In this document: positions 13,001 through 24,450 of the stretch, one piece after another
How positions within the stretch are numbered: position 1 is the first letter of the stretch
Layout of the letters: each line of letters opens with the position of its first letter
Assembly (NCBI RefSeq): GCF_006345805.1
Contig: NC_042997.1
Location: forward strand, 176,328,001-176,392,000
DNA: 64,000 bases
From: Octopus sinensis
Lineage: Eukaryota
Reading direction: 5' to 3'
Made by a program: the position numbers and the translations under genes
Notes under the pieces: model-generated
Told to the model about the DNA's origin: nothing
Database searches by the model: none
What the model saw: only the letters and a program-made list of their open reading frames with translations

Positions 13001-16000
13001 GATATGTGATGGAAGAATGAGTGACAGGGGTAAACAGTATTGAGAAAGGTATGTATATTCAAGACAATGTGGGCAAGATGGCAGGACAATGACAGAAAGC
13101 TGCATTACTCAGTAGGTTGAGCAATGATCTAAGATGTGTGTGTGTGTGGGGGGGGGTGAGCAACATATAGTGACAGAGTGAATAGGATAATGACAGGACA
13201 GGAGGAGGGAATAATGAAGGTAGAGTGTACTGGGTACAATAGACCCAATGTAACCACCCATAGGTTGAGTGATGTGGTGGCAGAGTGAATGGAAAGTAGG
13301 TGGGTTCCAAACCAGTGAACAACACAAAGCAGTGTTGGTGAGAGGGTCAGAACAGATGCGGTAGCATCCTTATTTACATTGGAGGCTATATACTGCAAAC
13401 AGAAGAGATCTACTGCCATTGTCAGTTATGCCAAAAGCCTAGTAAAGTGAGACTGAGAAGAAGAGGGAGTGGATAGGCTTCCACACAGTTTACGTCTACC
13501 AAATTCACTCAAGGCATTGGTCAGACAAGGGTTATAGTAAAAGACATTTGCTCAAGGTATTGTGCAATAGAACTGAACCTGAAACCACTTGGTTGTGAAG
13601 TGAACATCTTAACCACACAGCCGTGCCTGTACCTATGATATTAACATAAAAACAAATCAGGTTGTTTTTGTTCTTTTTAGAGAAGTCTGATGGAGCCAGG
13701 CTCTTCTAAAAGGACAGTTAGTTCATTAGTTCATTTAGAAATTAAATTAGATTTTATTTTATTAAGATAGAAAAATGTTATCTTTTTTTAAAATATTACA
13801 AAAGAAAGATGAAATTAAAGTAAAAAACATTAAAAAAACATTAAAAAAAATAAAACATTTTATGAAATATTTTTTTAATGCAAAACTATCTGTTTTTGTT
13901 ACTGCTTAATATGATTATCATTATTAATATTATTATGATGATTATTATTATGGTTATTATTTTGAATACAATCATCCTCATTGCAATCATCATTACTAAT
14001 ATTATTAGTATACCTCCACACCCACAGTTTACACAGGTAGAGTAGAATAGTTAGTGGGCTGTTATGTAGATAGATGTATGTATGTGTGTGTGTGGGTATG
14101 TGTGTGTATATGTATGCTCTTCTCAATACATATGACAAACCAGTTCAAACAATCTTTTGCACTTCTGGCATGGATAGCAAGCCAGGGATCATTCTCAAAT
14201 AATCTTTTATTCCTTTTTTGATCATTTCAAGCACTCCTACAATTGTAACCATCTTGAGATGCCACATTTTTTTTTCCAATTTCAATGAACAAATCTATAT
14301 ATTTTCTGAGTTTTTCAAATCCTTTTGTAGAGATATTATGATTACAAGGAATACTCATGTTGAGCAGTGGACCTCACAGAGGCAAAGTGGCTGAGTTCCT
14401 TTCAAGTGTTGGGCTTCACAGAGGCAATGACCAAACCCTTTGGCATTATGTCGTGCTTGAGAAGACCCATCAAGCCAAGCAAAATCACAGTTGTGGCAGA
14501 TATTGGTGTCACACAAATCGGTACCTGTGCCAGTGGCACATAAACGCACCCTGGTGGCATGCAAATGGCACCTGTGCTGGTAGCATGTAAAAGCACCCAT
14601 TATACTCTCAGAATGGTTGGTGTTAGGAAGGGCATCCAGCCATAGAAAATCATGCCAAATCAGACTGGAGTCTGGTGCAGCCTTCCAGCATGCCAGCCCA
14701 GTCAAACCGTCCAACCCATGCCAGTATAGACAACAGACATTAAATGATGATGATGAGGTGGAGGATATACAAGGAAAGGTTTTATACTGAATTATATATG
14801 GAAAGGTCTTATTTCATTTTTACCTGTATTATATCAATCTAACTCAATTAATACATTTGAATCAAAAACAAAAAAGAAAGTTAACTTACTTAAATACAAA
14901 CAAGGAACTAATGAATTTGATAGGTGATATGAATAATGTAAGAATAATGTCCAGGCAAGAACTTTTTAAACAAGGAGACTTGTGGAAATAACTTGTCATT
15001 CTATGATTTTCTTCCAAATGAGCAATATCATCAGCATTTTGGCAGACGTCTTGTACAATCTTCACAACTGCAGAAGGAATAGTATCTGATTGACAATATT
15101 CACTATCATTTTTATGTGCAGTGATGCTCTCTTGAATAAAATATGACTTTTGAAGATCGTTTGGATCAAAAAGGACACATGTGCAACAAAAGAACCCATT
15201 TCTGGAAGAATTTGTGTAGACTCGGGCACTTAGTGATCTGCGGTTTAACATCTTCAATTCTAACCATCCTGTTTGAAAAAGGTGGTAAAATTTCTCTTGG
15301 TCAACTTTTGAATTTTTATGAGAATTCCAGACACCAACAACCTTTAATGTTGGTAAACTTTCTTGATTGTCAGCAACATTACAGCAAAAACTCCAATTAT
15401 CTAGAGAAAACAAACAAAAAAAAAATTAGCAACAAGCTAAAAAGTACGAGATGTAAATGAACTCTTTACTTATATAAGAATAAAATTTACATAATCTAAT
15501 CAAAAACTAGTGACGAAATGTTGGATGGTACAAGATTGTACTAATAGTACAATACCTGCTAAATAGTTAAGGAAACAGTAATGTCAGTGTGGTATAACCA
15601 AGATGCTTAACTTTCAACAACACAGTCCACCTAGCTCTAAGTAGGTACCAAGGTGTAGATTGAATTACAGTATTTTGTTAGCTTGCATTACTGAGTTCAA
15701 GTACTCCTGTGGGTATATTATATAGAGGAATGGGCTCAGTAAATTTGGTTTTCTTTAGACACATACACTATTGCATTCAAAGACTTTGGTAGTGTTCCTA
15801 TTTAAAAATTGAGTTGTATTTGTAAGTTGACCACACATAAGGTGGCAATATCTTTTTTTCTTTAATTCACAGACAGCTCAGGAAAGGGTCTCAATTTACA
15901 TGCTCTAAAACTGGTAGGCAGGTATAGGTAAGTTGGTAGGGAGAGGTAGGTAGATAGGTGAATGCATTGGTAGGTCGGGAGACAAATAGATAAATATTGT

Positions 16001-17622
16001 AAGCCTTTTACGTATGAGAATAAAAATGTACTTTGTTAAATCATTTACTGAACCAATTGACAAAAATTAAATTAGTTAAAATTACAATGTATGAAAATAT
16101 AAAAAAGGTAAAACACACACAGCTAATCACTGAAGTTGTACAAGAGCTGTAAGTTAATACTTTAATTAAGACTGAATAAGCAAATTTTAACTTAAAGCTG
16201 TACTTTCTAAAAGTTAAAAGATTTGTAGAAAGCAAACATTTTAAAGATACATATAAACAAACTGGAAAATATTTATGAAAGCTTACATTTGAAATTAAAA
16301 TTTAATTTTTTTTAAATAACAGGACCAATCAGTATCCCAAAAGATTCTTTTAGGTCACTGGGACTTGTTTGAAAACAGAGATAATTGCAAGAAAATTGGG
16401 ATATTTGAACACCCTGATCACTGTCACTAATTTCTAACTGAACTAAAATGAACATATCACCTATAATTCACAAGTAATTGGGTATTGCTTCTTACTGCTA
16501 TCTTTACTCCCTAGGGTGAAAATGCCCATTCATAATGTCCACCTCCGGCCATAGTATCATCATCATCATCATCATCGTTTATCGTCCGTTTTCCATGCTA
16601 GCATGGGTTGGACGGTTCTACTGGGGTCTGTGAAGCCAGAAGGCTTCATCAGGCCCAGTCAAATCTGGCAGTGTTTCTACGGCTGGATGCCCTTCCTAAC
16701 GCCAACCACTCCGAGAGTGTAGTGGGTGCTTTTTACGTGCCACCCGCACAGGTGCCAGACAGAGCTGGCAAACTGCCACGAACGGATGGTGCTTTTTATG
16801 TGCCACTGGCACGAGGGCCAGGCGAGGGACGGACCTTTAGTGCATGTTTTCCTCTCAGACTTTCGGGCAGCCTATTCCAGTGTTTGGTTATTGTTAGCAT
16901 CTATGGTATGCACAAGCTAGGCTAAGATATTTTCTCATTTTTTTTATCGCTTCATTCATTCATACATCTAACCCGCATTATTGCTAATATGTACTTTTGT
17001 AGACTAATTATTTCATTTGACTCTTCAATATAACTTCCAAATCGTAATTTCTCTCTGCCTTAGTTTTTATCCTTAATTTTTCATATAACTTCCAAATTGA
17101 AATTTCTCTAAAGCCTTAGTTTTCTTTTTTCTCCCTGTGTTTTCATGTTGGCTAAATATTTCATACTATCTCTAAAATAATCTTTCCTAGTTCATGATGT
17201 GCCCACCTCTTCCTGCCCCCACTACCAATATGGGGAATCTTGCTTCTCTCATTGGAAATCCCCTCCTGTACTGGTGGTCTCTTCTATCATACCTGCAATC
17301 TCACTCCCCTCTCTTTTCTCTCTCTATCTATCTATCCCGGGACTAATCCAACACAATAGCAGCCCACTTACTTAATCTAACATAACAAATCTAGAGGCAA
17401 CATGCTTAGCATTTTTTTTAATAAAAAATGTATTTAAAAGCAATCAAAATAATATTTTTTTAAAAAATAACCTTTATCATTGAAGTCTTCTAAACGTATA
17501 ACCCCAACAATATAAATTAGTTGTTCTTGGCTCCAGATGCGGCCAACTAAATAGCCATCCTTATGATAAGGCAAGCTGTGAGGTATAAAAACTTTCCATG
17601 TACAATCCATTGCATCAGACAT
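3373..17622 (-). CDS. PIGQ: PIG-Q/GPI1 subunit of the GPI-GlcNAc transferase; spliced CDS, 3' end not located
   Basis: Exons 17472-17622, 14890-15400, 11467-11592, 10123-10243, 8168-8294, 6450-6606, 4760-4952 and 3373-3487 join via GT-AG introns with consistent phases (1,2,2,0,1,2,0,1). Recognised motifs: [60 protein letters not shown]. Confidence 0.95.
3556..3685 (+). mobile_element. tRNA-derived SINE head (family B here), degraded
   Basis: ggcatggttgtgtggttaagaag...accttgggcaaatgtct matches copies at 7727, 13477, 38278, 42340 and 61668. Confidence 0.75.
3699..4011 (+). mobile_element. piggyBac-like MITE copy carrying a 115-bp insert derived from PIGQ exon 8
   Basis: Both halves match the intact copy at 40570-40789; 3772-3886 matches 4883-4998. 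Confidence 0.8.
4255..4684 (-). mobile_element. Family A SINE, 4 modules, with head
   Basis: (cat)n tail at left; modules ggtgctttttacgtgccac repeated every 60-70 bp. Confidence 0.9.
4760..4952 (-). CDS. PIGQ: PIGQ exon 8 (193 nt)
   Basis: [64 protein letters not shown]; donor CTG|GTAAGT. Confidence 0.96.
5270..5460 (+). mobile_element. 3' half of composite family B SINE
   Basis: tgtctgtgtttgttcccc...aatgactgaaataagtaaaag, as at 38420-38640 and 61443-61640. Confidence 0.7.
6450..6606 (-). CDS. PIGQ: PIGQ exon 7 (157 nt)
   Basis: [52 protein letters not shown]; acceptor ctttttgcag, donor CG|GTAAGT. Confidence 0.95.
6765..7057 (-). mobile_element. tRNA-derived SINE (family D here)
   Basis: Minus strand begins GGAGGTGCAATGGCCCAG (A-box-like) ... 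GGTTTCGATTCC (B-box-like); body shared with 30138-30518. Confidence 0.9.
7096..7391. mobile_element. MITE with about 85-bp terminal inverted repeats
   Basis: tatacttgggaatggtcacattttgccaattaaacacatgcactata... versus its reverse complement ending ...ccccaagtata. Confidence 0.8.
7727..7885 (-). mobile_element. Family B SINE
   Basis: Matches other family B heads. Confidence 0.85.
8168..8294 (-). CDS. PIGQ: PIGQ exon 6 (127 nt)
   Basis: [42 protein letters not shown]; acceptor ttatttgtag, donor A|GTAAGT. Confidence 0.95.
9945..10026. repeat. (AAT)n microsatellite
   Basis: Direct reading; a shorter tract lies at about 9800-9825. Confidence 0.95.
10123..10243 (-). CDS. PIGQ: PIGQ exon 5 (121 nt)
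   Basis: [40 protein letters not shown]; acceptor aattttcag, donor AAG|GTATCT. Confidence 0.85.
11467..11592 (-). CDS. PIGQ: PIGQ exon 4 (126 nt)
   Basis: Acceptor tttatgtttatag, donor TG|GTTTGT; [41 protein letters not shown]; phase 2-2. Confidence 0.75.
12113..12421 (-). mobile_element. Family A SINE, 3 modules
   Basis: (cat)n tail plus modules. Confidence 0.88.
13477..13633 (-). mobile_element. Family B SINE, degraded
   Basis: Matches other family B heads. Confidence 0.75.
14360..14756 (+). mobile_element. Family A body with a different, longer 5' head
   Basis: Body and (gat)n tail shared with family A; 14360-14520 differs from the heads at 600 and 52167. Confidence 0.8.
14890..15400 (-). 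CDS. PIGQ: PIGQ exon 3 (511 nt)
   Basis: Acceptor ttttctctag, donor AA|GTAAGT; open frame DNWSFCC...LKVVGVWN...SLFVFK; phases fit both neighbours. Confidence 0.85.
16557..16826 (-). mobile_element. Family A SINE
   Basis: (cat)n tail plus 2 modules. Confidence 0.9.
17472..17622 (-). CDS. PIGQ: PIGQ exon 2 coding part (exon spans 17472-17669)
   Basis: [50 protein letters not shown] resembles the PIG-Q N-terminus. Acceptor ttcttatag at 17670; donor AG|GTTATT. Confidence 0.85.
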
Positions 17623-18646
17623 TGAAGATCAATACATTCCAAACTTTGCAGCTGATCGCATTTATTTTCCTATAAGAAGAGAAATAAAAATAGCTTTAAT
17701 ATAAGATTAGAAATAGAAAATGAAAAGGAAAGAGAAACATACAGATAAATTAAAGTGGTTGGTGAGAGCTTGTAAGTGAAAGGAAAAAGTAGTTCTATGG
17801 TTTTATCAGAGGAGGAAGGACAATACCCAAGGCTTTTGGAAGGGCCATCAAAACTCATGTCTGGTAATTTCATCATCATCAATTCACTGCAGGGTAAGTT
17901 CACCATCATTAATACACCACAGGGGAAGTTCACTGTTTTTGTTTTGGGTTTCTTTTTTCAATAAAATAGTTTTTAACTATTAGCTGTGAGATACTATAGA
18001 TCTATTTTCTTGGCAAACTTTCCCCACGGTGAACTTTCATTGTGGTGATTTGATGGTGGTAAACTTTCCCTGTGGTGAATTGATAGCCATGAACTTACTT
18101 GTAATCATCAAAACTAGTGAGGAAGAAACAATTTATGGGTTTGTAGATTAGGAAGTAATGTATCAGTTATCTTCAGACAGGAAAGCTGGTGAGAATACTT
18201 AGAACAGAAGGGGATTAACTAAAAAGAACCCGGGTTATGATGCTAAACCAAACATTGTCTCCTATCTAAAAACAGATACAGTGTATCTGATGAGCTTCTG
18301 TATATATAATTTCACTCATAACATTCAAGTCAACCTATGTTTATGGTAAAAGACACTTACCCGAAATGGCATTCAGTAAGATTGTGTGCAGAACTATGTA
18401 AATTGCAAAAAAATACATCATATGTTGTTTGAGGAGAAAAAAATGTTAATGTAGTAGTAGTAGATGACAGCTTGCAAGTTTAGAGAAGCAAGAACTATTA
18501 TGGCATCAACAGAAGAGACAAGGGTAGCATACATCATGCTGGTATGGTGTTTGTTAGTGAACAAAAGCTTGCCAATCTATCATGAAATAATTATTCTCAT
18601 TTATTACTAGTAATTTACAGCTGAAAATGTAACAAACGTATTTTAA

Positions 18647-18862
18647 TCCTTTAGTGCTTAAACAGGTCATATCAGGCCCAAATATTCTACCTGCTTTATG
18701 TTCAAACTGACCAGATTCGGTTTCTCAAACTAACCCTACAATATCATTCTAAAACTTAATAGTTACTTCATAAAAATCTCAAAGTAACAGGATAATGCAA
18801 GATTAATTCAAAACATATGAATAAATTAGCATTACTTTTGACAGGATAATGTGAACGCTAAC
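18647..18862 (-). mobile_element. piggyBac-like MITE copy
   Basis: Reverse-complement match to 40570-40789; TTAA at the left end. Confidence 0.75.
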
Positions 18863-19078
18863 CTTTCTACAAGACAAAAAGGGAACCTACATGCAGTCAC
18901 TCAATCTGTTCAAAAAGAGCTCCCAAATCTCCTCTAAATCACACCTTAACCATAAAAAATATGAGGAGGTGCTGTAAAGCACCTGGCTTTAAGGGTATTG
19001 TGAAAAGCCTGGTTGGATGCCCAATCTTCCAAGTTCTTTTACAGGGCTTAGAAAAACTGAAGGACTGCTGCAATAAGA

Positions 19079-19295
19079 GCGTTTAACATCCGCTTTCCAT
19101 GTTAGCATGGGTTGGACGATTTTGACTGAGGGCTGGTGAACCAGATAGCTGCACCAGGCTCCAATCTTGATCTGGCAGAGTTTCTACAGCTGGATGCCCT
19201 TCCTAACGCCAACCACTCTGAGAGTGTAGTGGGTGCTTTTTATGTGCCACCGGCGCGGGGGCCAGTTAGGTGGTACTGGCAACGACCTCGCTCGA
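19079..19295 (-). mobile_element. Family A SINE, 1 module
   Basis: Same body as other family A copies. Confidence 0.88.
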
Positions 19296-20029
19296 ATCAT
19301 GATCCTCTTGTGCTTTCTCTTACCTAAAGCCAGGAACTTTTCAGCACCCCCTTGTACATATAAAAAAAAATTAACTAGCATACATTAGAGAGCATTGCAC
19401 TAGATATATTATGTTTGAAAAACAATATATAAATAAAGATGGAACTGTCACAATTGAAACACCTGTTCAATATTACAGCCATAGGTAAGAAACAACTATT
19501 CTAACAATATATCGCTTAGCAGGAAAATCAATAGCTATTGTTATCAACTGTGATACTGAATGCATGTTATTTCTTGAACGTACATTATTTTTTTTATTTT
19601 TAAATTCTATGTGCTCTTTCCAGTCTGAACAAAAATTTACTATAAATTTGAAGAGGCCAACTGCTGTGTTAATAGATTTTTTTTGTCACTTTTTAAACAA
19701 AAAACATTTATGTATAAACAACCTGTTAACTCTTTATTGCCAATCTAATATACAATGGATATTTGACAAATCATTAGAAAGAAACTTGCTGTACTATGGA
19801 AATGCTGAACATTCTTAAAACCCAAAAGTCCTCCAAGTGTCAGCTTCTGCAAATTTGGAATATTTTGCTATGGTTATTGGCTCAGCAGATTCTACTTGAA
19901 AAGGTTTAGAAGATGTTAGTAGACATAATTCAATGACAAAACACCAAAAGACAAATAACTAGGCTGCACTATGATTAGGAATTGGAAAACCTTTCATTTG
20001 ATGTCCAGTGTGAAAGGTGATGTTTCTAA

Positions 20030-20795
20030 AACAATTGCAATTCAGCAGATTTAGAGTCTTCACCCTGCAGATATTAACCACAATCAAAAGAATGACTACC
20101 CTCCTCCCAACAATGCTCAGAAAATTTCAAAAAAACATTAGATGGCTCAAGTTATTAGAGATTGAATCCAGAGTTTTATAACATTCACGTGTAAAATACA
20201 GCACATCAGAAACTAAAATATATTCACTGTCAACATTTTCCAGATCAATAAAAAAAAAGAACCAGGTGTTCACCAAAGCAGGCTTTCTAGGTTGGAAGTA
20301 TGCAACATGGCAAAAGGATGCTTTGATTACCCAACATAGGTTCCATTTCCATATTACAGTTGCTTCTGTACAGGACTTTCAAAAACTTTGGAATAGAATA
20401 CACTTAAAAAGGCTCATACAAAGCATTGTAAAAATAAAATACTACCTATCCCTTAACAACACAGCAGGGTCCCCACCTCCAAAAAGGATGACACAAACAT
20501 GATTGGTAAAGGCAAGACAATGTGCAAGAAAGAATGGGTCTGACACTGACACAAAATCCTATCATCAAGCAAAGGAATGTAGAGAGGCCCTGAAATACAA
20601 ATATTATTTAATGATATTCAGAAAGAGTTTCCTTTTATCACAGCATCAGTAATCAAAGATAAAATACTCTTTGCCTAAGTATGGTTCTTTTGCATTAACT
20701 GTAGATGAAACAGATTTCACTTGTTCTATGCTATTTTTGACAATGTCCTATCTGAAGAATTTGTTGGTTATTAAGCAGCTTCTGAACTTGACACT
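20030..20795 (+). mobile_element. hAT (ZMYM1/TTF-type) transposase remnant
   Basis: FTKAGFLGWKYA (F...GF.NWK.A motif), then VDET and EEFVGY segments, broken by stops and frameshifts. Confidence 0.65.
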
Positions 20796-22270
20796 CAATT
20801 GCTTCTGCAGGACAAAATGTTGGTGCTGAACATTAGTAGTGTTAGCATCCAGTTATGTGTTACCACTGGAGAATATCTAAGATCCTCCTTGACAGCTGAA
20901 TGGCAGCCCAGAAGAACAATGGGTAGATATTCACTCCACTGATGTTGGTCAAGGTAAGCATGCATTGTAGCCTTCAATTGGCAGTGGAAGCATTCCATCA
21001 AACCATGTGAAGCTGGATGGTAACTAGTAGTCCGAATGTGCCGCACACCTAGAATTTTCAAAAGCTCATGGAAGAGCTAGGGTTTGAACTGCATACCATA
21101 GTTAGTGATGATCATGGTAGGAACGCTATAACGCAATATCCAACCCAATACCAGGGCTCGCGCTACCGATTCTGCTGTAATATCACACAAAAGGATGGCT
21201 TCTGGCCAACATGTAAAACAGTCAATGCACATAAGGAGATACATAAAACATTGACTAACTGGATCGGGTCCTACTAGATTGAAATGGATGTGGGTCAAAT
21301 AAACGTCCAGGGTGTTGAACGTACCAAGAAGTGCATGAATGTGCTTATGCACTTTAACTTTCTGGCAGAAAAGACAAGAACATGACCAAGCAGTGATATC
21401 TCATCTCATATTCAGCCAAAAGAATCTAGCTGAAATGAGTTTCACTGTGGCTGAAGTTCCAGGATGCGAGGAACAAGAGGACATGGTGTATCTGTCGAGA
21501 TGTCACATAATATTTGTGCATAGGCAGGTACTTGAATTTACAAGTCACAAATTCAGGTGAAGCAAGATTGATCGACTCTCAGGGAGGATGATCTGCAAAA
21601 AGAAGATGGAGGTCGATATCTAAAAGTGATGACAAAGAATATCATTGGTAAACTGTGAAACAAAATCTAGGTGATGAGTTTCGCAAGGCGAATATCTGTT
21701 GGGCTTCAAACGAAATGCAAAAGTAAGCGATGATTGGTATAGGTCATAAATTGGCAACCTTCAAGTGAGTGTTGAAAGTGTCTAATTGCCACATACACAA
21801 CCAAAAGTTCACAGTCAAATATGCTATAGCAGGTTTCAGTAGGCTTAAGCTGCCACGAGAAGAGAGTAAGGAATTGTACTAGCTACTGGTGATGTTGCTG
21901 CAAAACTGCACCAACAGCTGTGTTTGATGCATCTATGACCAGCAAAAGCTGGGCATCAGACTCAGGATATGTGAGAAGAGAAGTGCTAGTCAGCACCTGT
22001 TTAACTTTGGTAAATGCCTCAAGATGAATTGGGTCAAGAGAAATAGGCTAGTCCTTTTTTTCTATTCCATAAGAGATCAGACAGAGGAGACAGTAGGTTT
22101 GCACAATGTGGAATAAAATGGCAATAATAATTAAGAAGACCAAGGAACTGAGAAAGTTGTTGCAAAAAAGTAGGTGGAGGAATATCCTGAAGAGCTTTCA
22201 CTTTATCTGGAAGTGGTGCTATTCCATCAATGTTGATGATGTGGCCCCAAAAAATAAGATGCACCAAAAT
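20796..22270 (-). mobile_element. Ty3/gypsy pol remnant (RT end, RNase H, integrase)
   Basis: FWGHII...GIAPLPDKVKAL...FLGLLNYY; DCFTCWPEAI; TTSYHPASHGLMECFH. RT-RNH-INT order is gypsy-type. Confidence 0.92.
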
Positions 22271-22960
22271 CTAGGGATAGATGAGTGGTTGGTGAGAGCT
22301 GTACAAGCCATGGACAGGGATGCTGTCAGTAAGGTGAGGGTTGGCAACGAATATAGCAAAGAATTCCGGGTAGAAGTAGGGGTTCACCAAGAATCAGTCC
22401 TCACCCCGCCTCTTGTTTATCATAGTCCTCCAGGCAATAACAGAGGAATTCAAGACAGGTTGCCCCTGGGAACCCCTCTATGCTGATGACCTTGCTCTAA
22501 TAGCTGAATCACTACTAGAACTAGAGAAATTTCAGGTGTGGAAGCAAGGTCTAGAATCGAAGGGCATTAAAGTTAACCTAACAAAAACCAAAGTCTTAGT
22601 AAGTAGGAAGGTAGATAAATCAGAAATTCCTTCGGGTTGATGGACCTGCTAGATTTGTAGAAAAGGTGTAGGTAGAAACTCCATAAGATGTACCCAGTGT
22701 AAGTTATGGACACTTAAGAGGTGCAGCAATATCAAAGGAATGTTAACTGGGAAGGTAGTTTTTGTGTGTGGAAGGTGCACTGGTGCAATAAACACCGAAG
22801 ATGTACAGAAAATAGATTCCATCACATCTGTTGACTAGGTGACCAAGTCAGTTGTGGGGGCGGATGCTCTGAGGGCGTAGCTGCTAGAATAACAATAGAC
22901 TGGGCAAAATTCTGGAGCTCCTACCTCTGTTGGTAACAAAGGACCTCTCGCTCAGAGTGG
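22271..22960 (+). mobile_element. RTE-clade LINE fragment (RT with YADD, then Cys-rich segment)
   Basis: GVHQESVL...LYADDLALIAES...GIKVNLTKTKV; CRKGVGRNSIRCTQCKLW. Confidence 0.9.
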
Positions 22961-23627
22961 CTACACTAACCAAATCCCGCACAGATGGATAACAGTTTTG
23001 CCAAAGGGAAATAGTGCTCTTACAATATAAATAAATTATACACACACACACAAACACACATATATTGTACAAACAAATTATTTGTAACTATTCACAATAG
23101 TATATTAAATCATTAGGGTGATCATGAGTTTGTTTTAGACATCACGACTAAGGTCAGGGTAGATTAATAGGCATTCCTTTCGATGTTCTAAAATAGCTCA
23201 AATTTCATCTGCAGAGAAGGTGATGGTTTCAGTTATTTGGGGGTGCAAAAGGCATTGGTGTTTGTTGACAATCTTCAAAAAGGCCATAGAATTCTTTTCA
23301 TATTTTAAAATAGCTCAAAATTTCCCGCTGCAAGTGAGAAATTTAATTAGATAAGAATACATTTGTGAAACTATAGCTTATAAGTATTACATGGTGGAGG
23401 AACTGTTTACACATTTGTTATTTCTAAACTCGAGAAGATATATAACATGCGATTATGAACTAACGATAGTGATAAATATAAATAAATAAATACAATATTA
23501 GAAAATAGGTATTAACTGAACTCAAAGTTCAGGTAAATAAAATATACAAGTTTAACACCAGAAAAGTTAGAGATATATAAGGGTTAATATAGGGCGTAAC
23601 AAATATCAGAAAATCAAAAAAAAAATG

Positions 23628-23990
23628 TGTGTAATAGGTGTAAAACAACTTCCTATGAACGAATATGAAAAAAAAAATTCGCGCACGCGAAAGGGGGTGG
23701 GGGAGAGGCCTCGGAAAATTCGCATCGGGAAGTTCCGAAAGCGTCTGAGGAGCTGACCCGGGCACCAAAACAAAAAAAAAAATAGTGTAATATGTGTAAA
23801 ACAACTTGCTCTAAACGAATATGACAAAAAAAATGCGCTCTCGCGAAAGAGGGGTGGGGGAGAGGCCTCGGAATATTTATATCGGGAATTTCCGAAAGCG
23901 TCTGAACCGGGCACAAAAACAAAAACAGCGTAATAGGTGTAAAACAACTTGCTCTAAACGACTATCATGAAAAAAATGCGCGCTCGCATA
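23628..23990. repeat. CpG-rich tandem repeat, about 2.4 units of 143-156 bp
   Basis: Anchor tgtaaaacaactt at 23639, 23795 and 23938. Confidence 0.92.
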
Positions 23991-24223
23991 TATATTAACC
24001 TATATAAGCGGTGTAGAAAATAAAGCCAGTAGAAAACACATAAGAATACAGTTTCAACCAAAATTTGCCTTATTCGACCATTCTTAGGGCTATACATAGA
24101 ATGTAAACGAAATTTATACTTACGGTATATGTTTAAATACATTTACTTTTGCTTGAATGTATTCGAGTATCGATAAACAGTTGCTAGATTAACAAAAAAG
24201 TAAGATAGAATGTGACAACTCAC

Positions 24224-24450
24224 CGCTTTAAAGAATTTTAAAGAATCTTGTAAGAGTTATCTCTCTTAGATTTCTGACTATAATTTAGATTTTAATTTTA
24301 CTGTAACGTTATGTATCAGTTGCAACTTGGCCTTACCTAGCTTCAATTGAATTTAAGAAGGATAGCAGATCGATGACTAGCGAAGTGCAAAGGGAAGAAA
24401 CGGAATAAGATCTTTTCCTTTTGAACGGCAGTATACGAAGTTTAAAAGTG
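24224..24450 (-). promoter_or_regulatory. Putative non-coding first exon and promoter of PIGQ
   Basis: Consensus minus-strand donors CG|GTGAGT (24224/24223) and AG|GTAAGG (24337/24336) in a locally CpG-enriched, TE-poor stretch 6.5 kb upstream of the ATG exon. TSS not determinable. Confidence 0.5.
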
